Source of the DNA: an uncultured Verrucomicrobiae bacterium
GTDB taxonomy: Bacteria > Verrucomicrobiota > Verrucomicrobiia > Opitutales > JABDGR01
Length of the DNA stretch: 64,000 nt
Reading direction: 5' to 3'
Assembly (NCBI GenBank): GCA_963765205.1
Contig: CAVXVB010000009.1
Coordinates: forward strand, 736,001-800,000
The position numbers were made by a program, and so were the translations under genes. The notes below the pieces were generated by a model, which saw only the letters and a program-made list of their open reading frames with translations, had not been told where the DNA came from and did no database searches. Below, piece after piece: positions 30,674-40,388 of this stretch (within the stretch, counting starts at the first letter, position 1; the number at the start of each line of letters is the position of its first letter).

Positions 30674-32359
30674 TCAATTGGAATAGAGATCGAAATACGG
30701 GGTGGACGCGATCCGAGAAAAATCCTGGCTGAAGTCCGCGCGGAACTTCGCGTTGTAGGCGGGCGGGTTGGGCAAATAGCCATTATCCCCTAATTCGGCA
30801 TATAGGATATGCATCGAAAAAGGCTGGGCACCCTGCGGGATCAACCAGATTATTTTGCGGCCGGGTTGGCGGGCCGAAAGAGCAGAAGTAATTTGACTCA
30901 AGGAAGGCATCTGGGCGGCTTTAAATGCCACCTCCATCCACGCGGTCGGGTCAATCCCCACCGGCTGGCCGTGAAAAATGAGCTCGGTGCGGAATGCCGT
31001 CCATTCGTAACTGTCGTTGTCGCCCGCACCCATCAAGAGGATATGATCAGAGCCATATTTTTGCAATACGGCCTGCACATCCGCGTCGATGTGATCCGCC
31101 CAGGACGCACGAATTTTGAAATAGGCGGCATATTGATAACTGCGCAACACGCCCACGCCGAAGCAACAGATAAACCAGGAAGCAAGCACCGCATACAATC
31201 CCAGGACGAGCGGTGAAGAACTCCAGCCCAGACGGAGGCCGGCTTGAGACAACTCGATCGCAAGCAACAGCAATATGATCACCATTGGCAGGAGATGGTG
31301 CGGCCCGGCACCCTGTTTAGAGGCCGGCAAGAGCACGACAAGCACTGAAAAAACAATCCAACCGATAAAACCGGCCAGACGGCGAAGGGCTTCGCTCGTG
31401 GCCCGCGCATCGTGAAGATACGAAATCGAGACTGCGGCGACAAAAGGGAGGCTAAAGCCGGCGAAAGTGAGAAGGAAATCCATATAATACGATGGATCCA
31501 GGCCCTGATTGAAAAGATGGATCATCACCCATAGGTAATTGCCCAACGAAATGTTGGAAAAGGTCAAGAAAGGAAGCAGGGCGAAAAAGGCGGCGACCCC
31601 AAGCGCAACTCCAACACCCTTCCACCGGTGGCCCGTGCGCCAAGCCAGCCAAGCCAGGGGGATGAAATAGAGAAACGCATGGGCTTTGAGGTCAACGCAA
31701 ATGCCCAGGGACGCGCCGAGGATAACCGGCGCGAACACCCACGGCGAATACGCCGCGCACGCGCCGATCAATACAAACAGAACAATAAAATTGTCGGGGC
31801 GGTTGAGATATTCCGGAAAAGAATCGGTGACGATCAGGCAAGCGAATACCCCTGTGAGAAAGATCGCGATTGATGGTCTCGCCGTCCGGCGCCAGAGCAG
31901 AACGAACAATAGCCCGGTCGTGGCAAACGTGGCCACAAACCCGGTCAACTTGGCCGCAAAGACGCTGGGTCCAAGCAATTTTTCGAAGGCCGCAGTGAAG
32001 AGATATAGGTAGGGACCATATCCAAAGCTATAAATTTCCGGTGAATTAGCGCCGTGGTAGAGCGGATGGCCCTGCGCAAAATACCAGGAGACGCCAACGA
32101 TGGTCGACGGCGCATGATCCAAATAAAGTAAACTGATCTGATAGCGATAATTGAACCAGCCGAAAGCGCCCAACGCGAACAACCCGAGAGACCCTCCCCA
32201 CCACGAGAAACGACCCATGCGGAAACCACGTATCGGCCATTTGCCCACGACGAGAAAGAGCAAGAAGCACGGCACCCAAAACGCACAGGGCCACGCAGCA
32301 GGCCGCGTGCTGACCATTTCAATTAAATTTTTCAGGAAATACATCAGGACGAGGGCCAA
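30674..32359 (-). CDS. Multi-TM membrane protein, possible GT-C glycosyltransferase
   Basis: About 12 hydrophobic segments with YGPY, RPD and LK.H motifs; adjacent to a DPM1-like GT2. Confidence 0.6.
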   Translation of the reverse strand: MALVLMYFLKNLIEMVSTRPAAWPCAFWVPCFLLFLVVGKWPIRGFRMGRFSWWGGSLGLFALGAFGWFNYRYQISLLYLDHAPSTIVGVSWYFAQGHPLYHGANSPEIYSFGYGPYLYLFTAAFEKLLGPSVFAAKLTGFVATFATTGLLFVLLWRRTARPSIAIFLTGVFACLIVTDSFPEYLNRPDNFIVLFVLIGACAAYSPWVFAPVILGASLGICVDLKAHAFLYFIPLAWLAWRTGHRWKGVGVALGVAAFFALLPFLTFSNISLGNYLWVMIHLFNQGLDPSYYMDFLLTFAGFSLPFVAAVSISYLHDARATSEALRRLAGFIGWIVFSVLVVLLPASKQGAGPHHLLPMVIILLLLAIELSQAGLRLGWSSSPLVLGLYAVLASWFICCFGVGVLRSYQYAAYFKIRASWADHIDADVQAVLQKYGSDHILLMGAGDNDSYEWTAFRTELIFHGQPVGIDPTAWMEVAFKAAQMPSLSQITSALSARQPGRKIIWLIPQGAQPFSMHILYAELGDNGYLPNPPAYNAKFRADFSQDFSRIASTPYFDLYSN

Positions 32360-32519
32360 TGATTAGTGCTGGATACACCTTGCAATTAGTTTTTCAATGA
32401 AAAATGAAATGCCCCAGGGCTTTACCGACGGCTATTACGTGGTTTGCTCGGAAGGAATCAGAGAATTGGGATGCACGGTCTTAGCTGTGAGCATCCGCCA
32501 TTCATTCATTTAATTCATC

Positions 32520-33254
32520 TCACAGGGATTTGGCATTAAAGGTCAGGCGTTGCCCGAAGTAATAGAGCAACGTCAAACAGGCATTGCGCACGGATTTGGA
32601 GGAAACGCGCGGCGAAGGGGCCTGGTAATGGATCGGGATTTCAAAATAGCGCTTGCGGCGAAGCAGGTACCGCAGCTCGGTCTGATAAAAATGCCCAGTG
32701 GATCTAAATTTATTTTGGATGATCAAGTGGACAATGTCCCGATGAAAGCCCTGAAAGCCGGAGGTCATATCCTTCATGGTGGTGCCGAGCAGCAGATTGG
32801 CCAGCACGGTGCCGGTTTTGGACAACAGCCGGCGTTTGAGCGGTGAATTCCCCATGGAGCCGCCATTGATAAAGCGGCTGCCAAAGGCGCAATCGTTGCC
32901 CTCATTGAGGACCCGTAAAAACATGGGGATGGCGCGCGGGTCGTGCGAGAGGCCGGCGTCCATTTCAATGATGATATCGTAGCCGGCCTCGTAGGCCACC
33001 CGCAGACCTTTGACATAGGCATCAACCACGCAGCGGTTTTCCGGACTCCAGACCGTCTCATAGCGGGAGTCCCGGGCGGAGAGTTCCCGGCACAGCTCCA
33101 AGGTGCGGTCTTGGGACACCCGATCCACGATCAAATAAATTTTCCCCGGAGCCAGCGTATCAATCACAAAATTGAGCAGGCTGATGAAGCGCGCAAAATC
33201 GGGCTCCTCATTCGCCATGGGAACGACGATGGCCCATTTGGGGTAGTAATACAT
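32520..33254 (-). CDS. DPM1-like GT2 (polyprenol-phosphate glycosyltransferase)
   Basis: VVPMANE, EMDAGLSHDP, GSRF and DMTSGF motifs. Confidence 0.88.
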   Translation of the reverse strand: MYYYPKWAIVVPMANEEPDFARFISLLNFVIDTLAPGKIYLIVDRVSQDRTLELCRELSARDSRYETVWSPENRCVVDAYVKGLRVAYEAGYDIIIEMDAGLSHDPRAIPMFLRVLNEGNDCAFGSRFINGGSMGNSPLKRRLLSKTGTVLANLLLGTTMKDMTSGFQGFHRDIVHLIIQNKFRSTGHFYQTELRYLLRRKRYFEIPIHYQAPSPRVSSKSVRNACLTLLYYFGQRLTFNAKSL

Positions 33255-33303
33255 GGAAGGGAAGGGATTTGGACGGACCGGGTATCCAGATAAATAAACA
33301 AAT

Positions 33304-34389
33304 TCAGAAATTGCGTGGGCGCCATTTTCCCGAGGAGGGGAGTTGGGCGAGCATGGTGGAGACGGCCTGAAAGACGGCCTCGGGGGTCAGTTGCTTCATG
33401 CAGGCAATCGAAAAGGGACAGTTGTCTTTCCAATGAAGGCGGGGTGTGCGATGATGGCAGCCGAGGCAGGGGACATTCGAAGTAACCGCCAAAGAAGGCG
33501 TTTCAGTTGGAAGAACATGCTTAGGATCAACAGGGCCGAATAAACCGACCGTGGGTGTGCCGACGGCCCCGGCAATATGCAAGAGGCCCGAATCTATGCC
33601 AATAAGCAAGTCCAGCTCTTTGATGACGGCGATGGTCTGCCCAATTTCGAACCGGCCAACCCAATCCACCGTTTGGCTGATTTCGGGGCATCCTAGCCTT
33701 ACCGGAGAAGACGGAAAAATCCGAGCCGAGCTGTACAACGGTGCAAGCATACTGCGCATGAATCATTTTCACCAATTGCTCCCAGCCGTCCGTCGTCCAT
33801 TGTTTAACGGGCCAAGTGGGGCCCACATGGATGCCCATAACCAGAGGGCCAACCTCACGAAAGGGCGAAATTTTCTTTTGGGCGAATTTTATCAAACGAG
33901 CAGGCACATAAAGCCGCGGTTGCCGCGAGGCAGGCACGACCCCGAGGGATTCGCAGAAATCGTCCACCACATGGGGGGGGGTGACGCGGGCGGTTGTTCA
34001 TCCGCCAAGAGCGGGCAAAGACGCAAGGTGTAATCGTGCGGATAGATTTTAGAAACCTTCCGAACCCAGTCATTTTCAACCACACAGTCGGCAACTTTAC
34101 CCATCTTGACCACCGGCACGAATTCACCCCGAACACTGTAGACCAAGAGGGCCTTGGGGTAGAGTTGGCGCAGGGCCAAAAGAGCGGGAAACGAACAAAT
34201 TAAATCTCCAATCGCGGCACCATCATTGCGCTCAAATAAAATGACCGCCTGGCCGGTAAGTTTCCGAAATAAACGAACGCGCAAACGATGGTAAAGACTC
34301 CCGAAGGCGACCCGGGGATGCAGGAGCAGATTTTTGGCATACGTTAGGAAGGTCCGTCGGGTCCATAATGGTAATCTTATTTTTCCCAC
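33304..34389 (-). pseudogene. GT9 glycosyltransferase, two homopolymer frameshifts
   Basis: IGDLI, VKQW and IGIDSGLLHIAGAVGTPTVGLFGP motifs; frame breaks at C9 (33973-33981) and C4 (33685-33688). Confidence 0.8.
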
Positions 34390-35648
34390 CGCCAGGAACT
34401 GGGCAGTTGAATACTAGCGCCCGGATGCAAATGGTGGCCTTTCGTATACTTACCCGGCGAAATTTCAACCTTCGTGCAATCCGGCAAGTAGTCAAGGCCG
34501 AGCAGCAAACCCGAACGGGCTCCGACATCAATGGAGAAAGTTCCGGGCGGAACCGGGAGATGCGGAATCTCAATCAAAACCGTGTGGCGTTCTCCCTTTT
34601 TGACATTCATCCGGACGCCCGGGTCATCACTTTCATAGGTCAGCAAGCGAAGGCCCTCGACCGTGGAAAATCCAAAACCCAGGGAGATTTCCGCTAAATC
34701 CGAAAAAGCCTCAATGGTCACCGCGGCCGCAAACCGTTCGGTATGAAACAGTGGTAAGCCGGAGAGCCACTCCAACTTAATGACGCGGAGTTGTCCGCCA
34801 AAATTGGCAGGCCGGGCGCGATCCTTCAGATCAACCACGGTAGCGGCATCCACAACATTGTTCTTCAGATAGAGATTGACCACGTCTTCCGCCGGGCCGG
34901 TGGCCGCGATTTTCCCATTATCCAGCCAGATAATGCGTTGGGACAAGGCTTTCATCATGGCCATATTGTGGCTTACGCAGATGATGGTGCGCCCGTCGCC
35001 CTGGGAAATGTCGCTCATCTTGCCGAGGCATTTTTTCTGGAAGGCGGCGTCGCCGACGGCGAGGACCTCGTCCACGATCAGGATGTCCGGCTCGAGGTGG
35101 GCGGCCACGGCAAAGGCGAGGCGGACATACATGCCGCTCGAGTAGCGCTTGACGGGGGTGTCAATAAACTTCTCGATTTCGGAAAACGCCACAATCTCGT
35201 CGAACTTCCGGGCAATCTCCCGGCGCGACATCCCCAAAGTCGCCCCGTTCAGGAAAATGTTGTCCCGCCCGGACAATTCGCCATGGAACCCCGTCCCGAC
35301 CTCGAGCAAACTCGCCAGGCGCCCCCGGAATTCAATGCGCCCCCGCGTGGGCGGCGTGATGCGCGACAAAATCTTCAGCAAGGTGCTTTTGCCCGCGCCA
35401 TTGCGCCCGATCAGCCCCAGCACCTCGCCTTGCGCCACCTCGAAGGACACGTCCCGCAGCGCCCAGAGAATATCCGGGGCGTCCGCGCCCTCCTCGAAGT
35501 GGGTCAAACTGCGGAGCCGCCGGAAATTGCGCACCGGGGCGAGGGCCGCCTGCGCGAGCGTGCGCAGCAACGTGTCCGACCCCACGTCCCGCTTGCCGAG
35601 CCGGTAAAGCTTCGAAATGTTCTCAATCCGGATGACGGGGGCGGGCAT
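34377..35648 (-). CDS. wzt: Polysaccharide ABC transporter ATPase with Wzt_C domain
   Basis: GRNGAGKST, YSSGMYVRLAF and VDEVLAVGD motifs plus a C-terminal extension. Confidence 0.95.
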   Translation of the reverse strand: MPAPVIRIENISKLYRLGKRDVGSDTLLRTLAQAALAPVRNFRRLRSLTHFEEGADAPDILWALRDVSFEVAQGEVLGLIGRNGAGKSTLLKILSRITPPTRGRIEFRGRLASLLEVGTGFHGELSGRDNIFLNGATLGMSRREIARKFDEIVAFSEIEKFIDTPVKRYSSGMYVRLAFAVAAHLEPDILIVDEVLAVGDAAFQKKCLGKMSDISQGDGRTIICVSHNMAMMKALSQRIIWLDNGKIAATGPAEDVVNLYLKNNVVDAATVVDLKDRARPANFGGQLRVIKLEWLSGLPLFHTERFAAAVTIEAFSDLAEISLGFGFSTVEGLRLLTYESDDPGVRMNVKKGERHTVLIEIPHLPVPPGTFSIDVGARSGLLLGLDYLPDCTKVEISPGKYTKGHHLHPGASIQLPSSWRWEK

Positions 35649-35667
35649 TTTCTTTCGCCAAGTTGAG

Positions 35668-36441
35668 TTAAGCAGATGGGAGGGACTTGGGCGTTAGACA
35701 AAACCAAGACATGGCGAACATTCGTTCCCCCATCCAGCCCAACAGATTATGCTTGGCGTAAAGCTTAAGCCACGGACTCACGCATTTTAAGTCGGCGATG
35801 GTGCGGGGCCGATAACAAATTTCCTCAATATCGTGGGTAGGTTTAAAACGCGCGCAAATTTTTTGGCCGACCGCGGGTATATAGCAATCATGGGCTTCAA
35901 AAAGGATGGTAGTGCGGACGAGGGCCGGGATGGCCACGGGATCAAGTAAAACCTCTTCATAGCCTTCCACGTCGGTCATCAGTAAAGACGGGCCGGGCCG
36001 GGTGAGGGCGCGGGCAAGATCAGGCACTTCACATTTGCCAAGAATACTTAAACGCGACTCGACGCCATTTATTTTTGCCAGCCGCGCCATTTCGGCGCGG
36101 CCATTGGCCAGGAGCTCGAAAGCCGTGACCTCGATATGCGGATTGCGAAAGGCCCAACCCAAGGCATAATAGCCTTCCGCCGCCCCGACATCCACGAAAT
36201 GGGCAAAGGGCCGGCGCAGCAGCCGCTCGATGACCGGAACCAATTCCAATTCATAGGATCCCAAAAATTTCGCCGCGGGAATGCTAAAATTCTCATCCCA
36301 TTTTTCCCAAGTAAAGCGCAGGCCCTGAAACGGGCCGGAACGAATCTGGTCGTTTTGCCGCAAGGCTTGCAGATAGCGGGCCGTGACCGCCGCGGGCTGC
36401 AACCCGGCCGGCACCATCTTTTTGGCGAGTTTTCGGATCAT
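35668..36441 (-). CDS. SAM methyltransferase-like protein
   Basis: GSYELEL, DVGAAEGYYA and DVEGYE motifs. Confidence 0.75.
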   Translation of the reverse strand: MIRKLAKKMVPAGLQPAAVTARYLQALRQNDQIRSGPFQGLRFTWEKWDENFSIPAAKFLGSYELELVPVIERLLRRPFAHFVDVGAAEGYYALGWAFRNPHIEVTAFELLANGRAEMARLAKINGVESRLSILGKCEVPDLARALTRPGPSLLMTDVEGYEEVLLDPVAIPALVRTTILFEAHDCYIPAVGQKICARFKPTHDIEEICYRPRTIADLKCVSPWLKLYAKHNLLGWMGERMFAMSWFCLTPKSLPSA

Positions 36442-36617
36442 AGCGAGCCGGGTCTGCCCGGGTTTAGCGCTGGGCGGCGGGCGGGCATGGGGGAATTAAG
36501 AATTAAGATTTATGAATTAAGAAGCCGGAAGTTTGCACCGGGGAACTTTTTGCAGCCAGGGCCGGCGCAGGGGGTGGATGGATTCCGACCTCGTAATTCG
36601 GCCTGCTTAATTTTGGC

Positions 36618-37505
36618 TTACGCCACGTCCACCATCACATTTTCCGCCCGCCGGAAGCACCACAGCCCGCCGGCCAGCGCCACCAGGGTGACCGCCGCGC
36701 CCAGGGCGAGGTGCGCGTAGGAAACCGGCGCCTTCCCGAACAGGCAGGCCCGCAGGGCGTCAATCGCGCCCGCCAGCGGGTTCAGGAAATAAAGTTCGCG
36801 CACCCCCGGCGGAATCCAGCCGGGAATGCGGGTCGAGGAATAAAGCTGGGTCGAGGAATAAATGACGGGCGAGGCATACATCAGCAATTGGAACAACAGG
36901 CCCTGCGCCACCCGCACGTCGCGGTATTGCACCGACAACCCGGCCAGCCACAACCCCAGCGCCAGCGCGGCCAGCGCCGCCACCCCCAGCGCCAGCGGCA
37001 CCACCCACAACGCCGAAACCTGGACATGGCAACCGTGCCGCAGCAACATCCCATGCGACAGCACCAGCATGACGGCCAGCAGCGCCAGCATGATCAGCAG
37101 ATCAAACGTCCGGCCGGCAATCGCCGCCAGGGGCAGCACCAGGCGCGGAAAATACACCTTGGACAGCACCCCGATGTTCGCCGCCAGGCAGTTGCCCACG
37201 TCGCCCGCCGAGTTTTGGAAAAACGTCCACGCCACGACGGCGGCCAGCGCAAAAAACGAGTAGGGGATGTCGTCCGACGGCGCACTCATCAAATTGCCGA
37301 AAATCATGGTCAGCACCCCGGTGGTGAACAACGGCTGCACCAGCGCCCAGCCCAGGCCGAGCACCGATTGCGCGTAGCGTGTCTTCAAATCGCGCAAGAT
37401 GATGAACCGCGCCAGGTCGCGCGCGGACCACAACTCGCGCCATTCCGCCAGGCTGGTCGGCCCGCGCGGCGTGATGATGGTAAGTGGGGGAGAGGAGGGG
37501 TTCAT
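36618..37505 (-). CDS. wzm: Polysaccharide ABC transporter permease
   Basis: RDLKTRYAQSVLGLGWALVQP, KVYFPR, YRD and LNP motifs; start MNPSS. Confidence 0.93.
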   Translation of the reverse strand: MNPSSPPLTIITPRGPTSLAEWRELWSARDLARFIILRDLKTRYAQSVLGLGWALVQPLFTTGVLTMIFGNLMSAPSDDIPYSFFALAAVVAWTFFQNSAGDVGNCLAANIGVLSKVYFPRLVLPLAAIAGRTFDLLIMLALLAVMLVLSHGMLLRHGCHVQVSALWVVPLALGVAALAALALGLWLAGLSVQYRDVRVAQGLLFQLLMYASPVIYSSTQLYSSTRIPGWIPPGVRELYFLNPLAGAIDALRACLFGKAPVSYAHLALGAAVTLVALAGGLWCFRRAENVMVDVA

Positions 37506-37522
37506 GGCGCTGAGCCGCCGGG

Positions 37523-37540
37523 CAAGCTGCCGCCCTTGGC
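37523..37540 (-). promoter_or_regulatory. Candidate ops/JUMPStart-like element
   Basis: Minus strand reads GCCAAGGGCGGCAGCTTG, versus the ops consensus GGCGGTAGnnTG; lies between the NusG paralogue and wzm. Confidence 0.3.
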
Positions 37541-37718
37541 CGCTGGCCGGTCGGAACCGGCCAAGCCTTCGGCAAGCAAACGAACCCGCAGCCGGGTCAT
37601 CGGATTTAGCAACCCGTCCCACCGGCGCGCGGGAGGCGGGCCGGGGGCGGGAAAAGGGAATTCACCGCGCATCCAAGGCGGGCGCGGTGGCGGGCGGAAA
37701 AAGAATGGTGGCAGAAAT

Positions 37719-38287
37719 TCATGGCGTGGCCAGTTGCAACGGATGGGAGTGGCGCGGCTCCAAAGCCTCGAGGGGAACTCGACGCGGTTCTCCTGGCCCA
37801 GCAGTTCGAGCAAAATCTGCACGCGCTGCCGCGCCGGCACCAGCCCGGCCACTTTGCCCGAGGCGCCGCGGAAAATCCCGGTGATGACGCGCACTTCCTC
37901 GCCGAGCTTCCACGGCTCCGGCGGCAACTCCAGCACGGAGGTGGCGGCGAGCGCGCGCAATTCCCCGACGATGGCCTCGGGCACGGGCGCGAATTCGCGG
38001 CCCTGGCGCACGATGTAGGACACGCCGCGCGCGTAGCGCACGGCGCGCACGCGCCGGGCCGGCGCAAAGCGCACGAACAAATAACCGGGAAACAACGCCT
38101 CGACAACGGCGCGCGGTCCCTTGGCCAGCGCCCGCCGGTAGCGCACGCGGGGGAAAAACGCCTCGACGTCCGGCAGCGCGCCCAGCGCCCCAAAGGCGAT
38201 GTTCTCGCGCTTCGGCTGCGTCTTCACGCAATACCAATTGATATCCGAAGACAAGACGATGGCGTCCGGGTGGTTTTTGGCGGGCAT
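37719..38287 (-). CDS. UpxY/RfaH-like NusG-paralogue antiterminator (1-nt frameshift ~37773)
   Basis: WYCVKTQPKRE, LFPGYLFVRF and KOW motif GEEVRVITGIFRG; C-terminus FP|LEALEP shifts at a C4 run. Confidence 0.88.
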
Positions 38288-38299
38288 CGAGCAAGGGGG

Positions 38300-38872
38300 T
38301 TAGGTGAGGAGGCGGGCCACCAGGGCGAGCAGGCGGCGGGCGTTGGCGTGGACATTTTCAAGCTTTTCCAGGCGTTGGCGCAGCCAGGCGCGCTCGGCGG
38401 CGGGGGCCTCGTCGGCGAGTTTGGCGAGGCCGCCGAGGCGCTCGGTCGCCGTTTCAAGCTGGGCGCCCACCTCGTCGTCGAGGAAGGTGCCGATCAACTT
38501 GCGAAATTGATCCTCGGCCTCGAAGTGCTCGCGCCGCGCGCCGGGGACATAAACCGGGCGCACGGCCTTGAAGGAGCGCAACTGGCGCAGGCCCTGGCTG
38601 GCGGACCCGAGGCTGATGCGCAGGCGGCCCATGATTTCCTCCATGGTCAGCGGGCGGGGCGAAAGGTAGAGCAGGCCGTAAATGGCCCCGACGGATTTGG
38701 GCAGGCCGAGGACCTGGCCGGCGCGCATGGCGAGGGCGACGACTTCGCGTTCGAGGGGCGAGAGGGGCGCGCGCGCGGCGGCGGGCGGGCGCAGGCCGGG
38801 CCGGCCCAGGCGGGCCGGCCGCACCCGGCGGGGAGCGGCTTTGAGGGCGGTCTTGATGGGGCGAAGATACAC
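38300..38872 (-). CDS. GbsR/MarR-family transcriptional regulator
   Basis: LGLPKSVGAIYGLLYLSPRPLTMEEI...ISLGSASQGL, R.E.F.AE. Confidence 0.85.
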   Translation of the reverse strand: MYLRPIKTALKAAPRRVRPARLGRPGLRPPAAARAPLSPLEREVVALAMRAGQVLGLPKSVGAIYGLLYLSPRPLTMEEIMGRLRISLGSASQGLRQLRSFKAVRPVYVPGARREHFEAEDQFRKLIGTFLDDEVGAQLETATERLGGLAKLADEAPAAERAWLRQRLEKLENVHANARRLLALVARLLT

Positions 38873-39044
38873 CTTTCTATAAATTTTTCAATAAAAAATG
38901 AAAACGGCTACAGATTTCCCGGAGGGCGGGCGGGGGGTTTACCCTAGGCCGGAGATTGGCAAGGCAAAGCAGTCTACCGCAAAAAACACAAAAGACGCAA
39001 ACGGGGGGAACGGTGGTGGCATTTTACATCCCTCCATTTTCGCT

Positions 39045-39178
39045 GTTTCTTGTTGCACCTTCCTGAAATTAGGAGCAAATTATTTCCAGTTTTAATTCAT
39101 TAATAATCAACTAAGTTATTATTTTTCAGCGACTTAGCTTCTCGGTGGCAGGTTGGTTCAAGTCCCAGCGGGAGCACC
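39045..39178 (+). mobile_element. Orphan att arm with tRNA 3'-end fragment
   Basis: GGTTCAAGTCCCAGCGGGAGCACC (39155-39178) is preceded by an AT-rich arm that aligns ungapped to the reverse complement of 49568-49687. Confidence 0.75.
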
Positions 39179-39225
39179 CTTTAAGCTTTGGCCGTCGGCG
39201 GAAAGTCGTGATTTTTCTCTGACGA

Positions 39226-40212
39226 TCAGCGCCGCCGATTGGCCCAAGCTTCGGGATTCAGCAGCGAGGGCGGGCGCTTGCCCGCCAGGGCCGCCGCCAG
39301 GTTTTTTAGCGCAAGCTGGAACATGGCCAGGCGCGTGGCCCGGGTTGCGCTGCCGATGTGGGGTGCCAGGGCGACATTGTCCAGCTCGAGCAAGCCTGGA
39401 TTGATGGCCGGCTCGTTTTCAAACACATCCAGGCCCGCCGCCGCGATGCGCCGCGAGCGCAGCGCGGCGAGGAGCGCTGCGTCGTCCACCAGGCCGCCCC
39501 GCGCCGCGTTCACCAGCACCGCGCCCGGTTTCATTTGCGCGATTTCCTGGGCACCAATCAAATGGTGGAGCTCAGGCGCATACGGCAGGTGGAGGCTGAT
39601 GAAATCCGACTCGCGCAACAGCCGCGCGAAGGTCACGTATTTGGCGCCCAACTTCATTTCGACTTCGCGTGGAAACCGGTGGCGGTTGTGGTAAAGCACC
39701 CTCATCGAAAATCCACGCGCTCGCCGCGCCACCGCCTGGCCGATGCGTCCCAATCCGATGATGCCTAGCGTCGCGTGATGCACGTCCTGGCCCATAAACG
39801 CGTCGCCTTTCCAGCCCTGCCAATCGCCGGCGCGCAAAAAACGCTCCGCCTCGGGCAGGCGCCGCGCCGCCGCCAGCAGCAGTGCCCAAGTCAAGTCCGC
39901 CGTCGTCTCGTCCAGCACGCCCGGCGTGTTGGTCGCCAGGACGCCGCGCGCGGTGCAGGCGGCCAGGTCAATGTTGTTGTAGCCGACCGCCACATTGCAG
40001 ACCACCTTGAGGCGCGGCGCGGCTTCGAGCAACGCCCCGTCAATCCGGTCCGCTCCGGAAATCAACAGGCCATCCTGGTCGACGGCCCGGCGGCGGAATT
40101 CCTCCGCGCTCCAGCCCCCGCCCGTTTGATTTTCCTCGACGTGGTAGCGCCGGCGCAACGGCCTCAAGACCTCGTCGAATGGGGGCCTCGAGATTAAAAT
40201 CCGTGGTTTCAT
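39226..40212 (-). CDS. D-2-hydroxyacid dehydrogenase (glyoxylate reductase/D-glycerate dehydrogenase)
   Basis: GLGRIG, NAARG, GLDVFENEP and PHIGSAT motifs. Confidence 0.93.
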   Translation of the reverse strand: MKPRILISRPPFDEVLRPLRRRYHVEENQTGGGWSAEEFRRRAVDQDGLLISGADRIDGALLEAAPRLKVVCNVAVGYNNIDLAACTARGVLATNTPGVLDETTADLTWALLLAAARRLPEAERFLRAGDWQGWKGDAFMGQDVHHATLGIIGLGRIGQAVARRARGFSMRVLYHNRHRFPREVEMKLGAKYVTFARLLRESDFISLHLPYAPELHHLIGAQEIAQMKPGAVLVNAARGGLVDDAALLAALRSRRIAAAGLDVFENEPAINPGLLELDNVALAPHIGSATRATRLAMFQLALKNLAAALAGKRPPSLLNPEAWANRRR

Positions 40213-40388
40213 AAAGTTGGCCGCCCAGGCAGGAGGTGAACCTGGTCATAGTAGAAGGCGCTGTTGTTGGTGACAGTGACGGATGCGCCGCACGTCGAAG
40301 CCGCGCGGGTAAAAGCCAATGCCAGCCAACCACCGAAAAACGCAGTAGTCATCTCTGGAAAACATTTCATAGTATTGTAACGTAAAAA

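Noticed and set aside
694..38947. Many long plus-strand ORFs opposite the glycan genes
   Set aside because: Antisense shadows typical of high-GC DNA; Arg/Pro/Gly-rich with no motifs.
39105..39178. Complete tRNA gene
   Set aside because: Only the T-loop and acceptor 3' strand are present; no D or anticodon arm, so treated as an att fragment.
40209..40370. 53-codon signal-peptide-like ORF upstream of the dehydrogenase
   Set aside because: Too short and without a recognisable motif; at most a gene remnant.
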